Shown piece after piece: positions 58,983 through 64,000 of a DNA stretch of 64,000 nucleotides. Each line of letters opens with the position of its first letter. The first letter of the stretch is position 1. The stretch is taken from NCBI RefSeq assembly GCF_963921235.1, contig NC_086097.1:222210001-222274000 (forward strand). The letters run 5' to 3'. The notes beneath the pieces were generated by a model that had not been told where the DNA came from, searched no databases, and saw only the letters and a program-made list of their open reading frames with translations. Position numbers and translations under genes: made by a program. This DNA is from Mobula hypostoma (lineage: Eukaryota).

Positions 58983-61900
58983 GAGATAGGGTAGGAGTGC
59001 TCTAGCTCAACGGGGCTTAGGCAATAACAGGTTGAGGTGAAGTAGGTTGCCTGTATAGAATAGAGACAGGAAGTATGTGTGTGAGGCCAGTGTTCTGTAT
59101 TGGGTGTCAGATGTGGAAAGTGCAGGAGACTCCCAGCCTCCCGGACGGCCACATCTGCGCCAGGTGCATCGAGATGCAGCTCCTTAGGGATTGGGTTAGG
59201 GAATTGGAAATGCAGTTCGATGACCTTCGTCTGGTCAGGGAGAGCGAGGAGGTGATAGAGAGGAGCTATAGGCAAGTAGTCACACTGGGGCCTCGGGAGA
59301 CAGTCAGGAGAGGGAAGGGCAAGAGTCAGATACAACAGAGTACCACTGTGGCTGTTCCCTTTAACAATAAGTACTCCTGTTTGAGTATTGTTGGAGGTGA
59401 AATGACTTACCTGGGGGGAGCAACAGTGGCCGCGCCTCTGGCACAGAGTCTGGCCCTGTGGCTCAGAAGGGTAGGGAAAGGAAGAGGACGGCAGCAGTGA
59501 TCAGGGGACTCTGTAGTTAGGGGGTCAGACAAGCGATCCTATGGATGCAGGAAAGAAACACGGATGATAGTTTGCCTCCCAGGTGCCAGGGTACGGGATG
59601 TTTCTGATCGCGTCCACAATATCCTGAAGTGGAAAGGAGAACAGCCTGAGCTCGAGGTACATATTGGTACCAACAACATAGGTAGGAAAAGGGAGGAAGT
59701 CCTGAAAACAGACTACAGTGAATTAGGAAGGAAGTTGAGAAGCAGGACCACAAGGGTAGTAATCTCAGGACTGTGCAACGCGACAGTAAGTATAGGAATA
59801 GAATGAGGTGGAGAATAAATGTGTGGCTGAGGGATTGGAGCAGGGATTCAGATTTCTGGATTATTGGGACCTTTTTTGGGGCAGACGTGACCTGTACAAA
59901 AAGGATGAGTTGCAATTGAATCCCAGGGGAGCCAACATCCTGGCTGGGAGGTTTGCTAAGACTATTGGGGAGAGTTTAAACTAGAATTGCTGGGGTGTGG
60001 GAACCGAACTGAAGAGACAGTGGAAGGGGCAGTTGGCTCACAAATAGAGAAAGCTTGGAGACAGTGCGAGAGGGAAGATAGGCAGGTGATAGAGAAGGGA
60101 CGCGCTCAGACCGATGGTTTGAGATGTGTCTACTTTAATACAAGGAGTATTATGAACAAAGCAGATGAGCTTAGAGCGTGGATCTGTACTTGGAGCTGTG
60201 ATGTTGTGGCCATTACAGAGACTTGGATGTTTCAGGGGCAGGAATGGTTACTTTGAGTGACAGGCTTTAGATGTTTCAGAAAGGACAGGGAGGGAGGCAA
60301 AAGAGGTGGGGGCATGGCACTGCTGATCAGAGATGGTGTTACGGTTGCAAAGCAGGAGGAAGTCATGGAGGGATTGTCTAATGAGTCTCTGTGGGTGGAA
60401 GTTAGAAACAGGAAGGGTCAATAACTCTACTGGGTGTTTTTTATAGACCACCCAATAGTACCAGGGACATCGAGGAGCAGATGGGGAGACAGATTCTGGA
60501 AAGGTGTAATAATAACAGGGTTGTTGTGGTGGGAGATTTTAATTTCCCAAATATTAATTGGCATCTCCCTAGAGCAAGGAGTTTCGATGGGGTGGAATTT
60601 GTTAGGTCTGTTCAGGAAGTTTTCTGACACAATATGTGGATAAGCCAACAAGAGGAGAGGCTGTATTTGATCTGGTATTGGGAAATTAACCTGGTCAGGT
60701 GTCAGATCTCTCAGTGGGAGAGCATTTTGGAGATAGTGATCACAATTCTATCTCCTTTACCATAGCATTGGAGAGGGATGGGAACAGACAAGTTAGGAAA
60801 GAGTTTAATTGGACTAAGGAGAAATATGAGTCTATCAAGCAGGAACTTAAGACTGGGGACAGATGTTCTCAGGGAAATGTACAGCAGAAATGTGGCAAAT
60901 GTTCAGGGGATATTTGCATGGAGTTCTGCATAGGTACGTTCCAATGAGACAGGGAAAGGATGGTAGGGTACAGGAACCATGGTGTACAAAGGCTGTTGTA
61001 AATCTAGTCAAGAAGAAAAGAAAAGCTTACAAAAAGTTCAGAAAACTAGGTAATGATAGAGATCTAGAAGACTATAAAGCTTGCAGGAAGGAGCTTAAGA
61101 ATGAAATTAGGAGAGCCAAAAGGGGCCATGAGAAGGCCTTGGTGGACAAGATTAAGAAAGACTCCAAGGCATTCTACAAGGATGTGAAGAGCAAGAGGAT
61201 AAGACGTGAAAGAATAGGACCAATCAAGTGTGACAGTGGAAGAGTGCGTATGGAACCAGAGGGGGTAGCAGAGGTACTTAATGAATACTTTGCTTCAGTA
61301 TTCACTATGGAAAAGAATCTTGGCAATTGTAGGGATGACTTCCAGTGGACTGAAAATCTTGAGCATGTAGATATTAAGGAAGAGGACATGCTGGATCTTT
61401 TGGAAAGCATCAAGTTGGGTAAGTCACCAGGACTGGACAAGATGTACCCCAGGCTACTGTAGGAGGCAAGGGAGTAGATTGCTGAGCCTCTGGTAATGAT
61501 CTTTGCATCATCAATGGGGACAGGAGAGGTTCTGGAGGATTGGAGGGTTGTGGATGTTGTGCCCTTATTCAAGAAAGGGAGTAGAGATAGCCCAGGAAAT
61601 TACAGACCAGTCAGTCTTACTTCAGTGGTTGGTAAGTTGAAGGAAAAGATCCTGAGAGGCAGGGTTTATGAACATTTGGAGAGGTAAAATATGATTAAAG
61701 TCAGCATGGCTTTATCAAAGGCAGATTGTAACTTACGAGCCTGAATGAATTTTTTGAGGATGTGACTAAACACATTGATGAAGGTAGAGCCACAGATGTA
61801 GTGTATATGGATTTTAGCAAGGCATTTGATAAGGTACCCCATGAAAGTCTTATTGAGAAAGTAAGGAGGCACGGGATCCAAGGGGAGATTGCTTTGTGGA

Positions 61901-62977
61901 TCCAGAATTGGCTTGCCCATAGAAGGCAAAGCGTGGTTGTAGATGGGGCATATTTTGCATGGAGGTCAGTGACCAGTGGTGTGCCTCGGGGATCTGTTCT
62001 GGGACCTCTACTCTTTGTGATTTTTATAAATGACCTGCATGAGGAAGTGGAGGGATGGGTTAATAAATTTGCTGATGACACAATGGTTGGAGGTGTTGTG
62101 GATAGTGTGGAGGGCTGTCAGCTGTTACAGCGGGACGTCAATAGGATGCAAAACTGGGCTGAGAAGTGGCAGATGGAGTTCAACCCAGATAAGTGTGAGG
62201 TGGTTCATTTTGGTAGGTTAAATATGATGGCAGAATATAGTATTAAGGGTAAGACTCTTGGCAGTGTGGAGGATCAGGGGGATCTTGGGGTCTGAGTCCA
62301 TAGGACACTCAAAGCTGCTGCACAGGTTGACTGTGGTTAAGAAGGCAGACGGTGTATTGGCATTCATCCACCGTGGGATTGAGTTCAAGAGCCGAGCAGT
62401 AATGTTACAGCTGTATAAAACCCTGGTCAGACCTCACTTGGAGTACTGTGCTCAGTTTTGGTCGCCTCACTACAAGAAGGATGTGGAAGTCATAGAAATG
62501 GTGCAGAGGAGATTTACAAGGATGTTGCCTGGATTGGGGAGCATGCTTAATGAGAATAGGTTGAGTGAACTCAGCCTTTTCTCCTTGGAGCGACGGAGGA
62601 TGAGAGGTGACCTGATAGAGATGTATAATATGATGAGATGCATTGAACATGTAGATAATCAGAGGCTTTTTCCCAGGGCTGAAATAGCTAACATGAGAGG
62701 GTACAGTTTTAAGGTGCTTGGAAGTAGGTACAGAGGAAATGTCAGGGCTACATTTTTAACGCAGAGAGTGGTGAGTGCGTGGAATGGGCTGCCGGCGACA
62801 GTGGTGGAGGTGGATACAATAGGGTCTTTTAAGAGGCTCCTGTATAGGTACATAGAGCTTAGAAAAATAGAGGGCTATGAGTAACCCTTGGTAATTTCTA
62901 AAGTAAGGACATGTTTGGCATATCATTGTGGGCCGAAGGGCCTGTATTGTGCTGCAGGTTTTCTATGTTTCTATGTC
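58983..62977 (+). mobile_element. Near full-length CR1 (ORF1 and ORF2), degenerate
   Basis: ORF1 ~59075-59984; ORF2 ~59987-62884 ([29 protein letters not shown]); TTTCTATG tail. Confidence 0.95.
59075..59984 (+). pseudogene. CR1 ORF1: zinc finger, coiled coil and SGNH-type esterase, frameshifted
   Basis: CIGCQMW..HICARC, LRDWVRELEMQFDDL, VIRGLC/GDSVVRG region, CLPGARV, VHIGTNN. Confidence 0.85.
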
Positions 62978-63089
62978 TATTTTGTGTCAGTTGTGACAAA
63001 TACCTGGGTTCAGATTCTGCACTTGGACTTATAAATCTAGAGACCCCAAACTTTGCACAGAAAATTGACCTGCAGATTAATGTATTGCA

Positions 63090-63450
63090 GCACAACCTTT
63101 TAGGTGTTGTGAGGACTCAGAACTTGAGTTATAAGGAAAGACTAGGTAGTAGGGACTCATTTTCCTGGAGCAAAGTTGGCTTAGGGATGACCTTATAGTG
63201 GTTTATAAAATTATGAAAGGAATAAATAAGATGGATTGGCACGGTGTTTCCGTTCAGGACAGGGAAATCTAAAACTAGTGAGCATAAGTTGAAAGTGAAA
63301 GAAGAAAGAATTTAAAGAGAAGCCGAAAGACAGGCTAACCCATGCAGCAGGTGGTGAATTTACAAGAGGAAGTGTTAGAGGTGCATAAAATTATAATACT
63401 CAGAAGATATTCAGACAGGTAATGGATAGAAAAGGTTTACAGGTATATAA
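63090..63450 (+). mobile_element. Old CR1 3' remnant
   Basis: LSYKERLG, DLIVVYKIMKG and SKTSEHKLKV. Confidence 0.7.
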
Positions 63451-64000
63451 TCTTGATGTCCCTCCAGACAACTCTGTACAGCTACAACACTGGCCTCTAT
63501 TCAGAGATACAGAAAATTGCCCAAGTAAGATTTCTCCAATTTGGCTAACTATTACCCTGCTAAACTAAGAACACCCAGCAACTCTTTTCCTTTTTGAGGA
63601 GAAAAGAAAAAAAATAACTGATTTCTTAAAATTTCTCAAGTAGACAAATTGTAATTATAATCATAGACTGGATTAATTAGAATCACAAGTGTGTTGTGTG
63701 TTTTAAGAAGTCAGAAGGCAAGTACAGTTGCCTAGGTGAGACATTCCATGGAATAGAAGCAATGGTGGGCAATAATGGCTGATAGCGCATTACTGGGAAA
63801 AGAAGGATGAATCTCTGCCACCTGTCTAATTTGAACAGGCATATATTTTCAATATAGAAGTCTCCTCTAAATCACAGTCTTTACTTTATGTATTGTGGTG
63901 ACAACATAATTAATTAACTCACTAAGCTCAAGAAAAGCCAGCTTCTGCAGCACCCAGCAATTAAAAAAACTACAGCAGTAGGAGCAAATGCCAAGCAAAT

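Overview
Vertebrate non-coding DNA made mostly of nested retrotransposons. The repeat repertoire (abundant CR1, Rex1/Babar, Penelope-like elements, Deu-domain and RTE-tailed tRNA SINEs) suggests a cartilaginous fish, probably a ray; this is inference. The window holds more than 12 CR1 LINE copies from several families, one near-full-length degenerate L1 and a second L1 3' fragment, several Rex1/Babar fragments, an R4/Dong element, two Gypsy LTR elements with target-site duplications (TSDs), Tc1-type non-autonomous DNA transposons and SINEs. It also holds a set of Penelope-like elements whose terminal repeats carry minimal type I hammerhead ribozymes. Most notable are: (1) short fold-back Penelope-derived insertions with 11-bp TSDs whose sense arm starts at about the predicted hammerhead cleavage site; (2) a chromovirus-type Gypsy element in which RT/RNaseH/integrase core is replaced by an unrecognised ~170-codon open frame; (3) a TRIM-like LTR element with unequal LTRs; (4) a 90-bp diverged duplication flanking the L1. 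No host gene is recognised; two phase-compatible minus-strand exon candidates are noted with low confidence. All assignments were made by eye, and element boundaries without a TSD are approximate.
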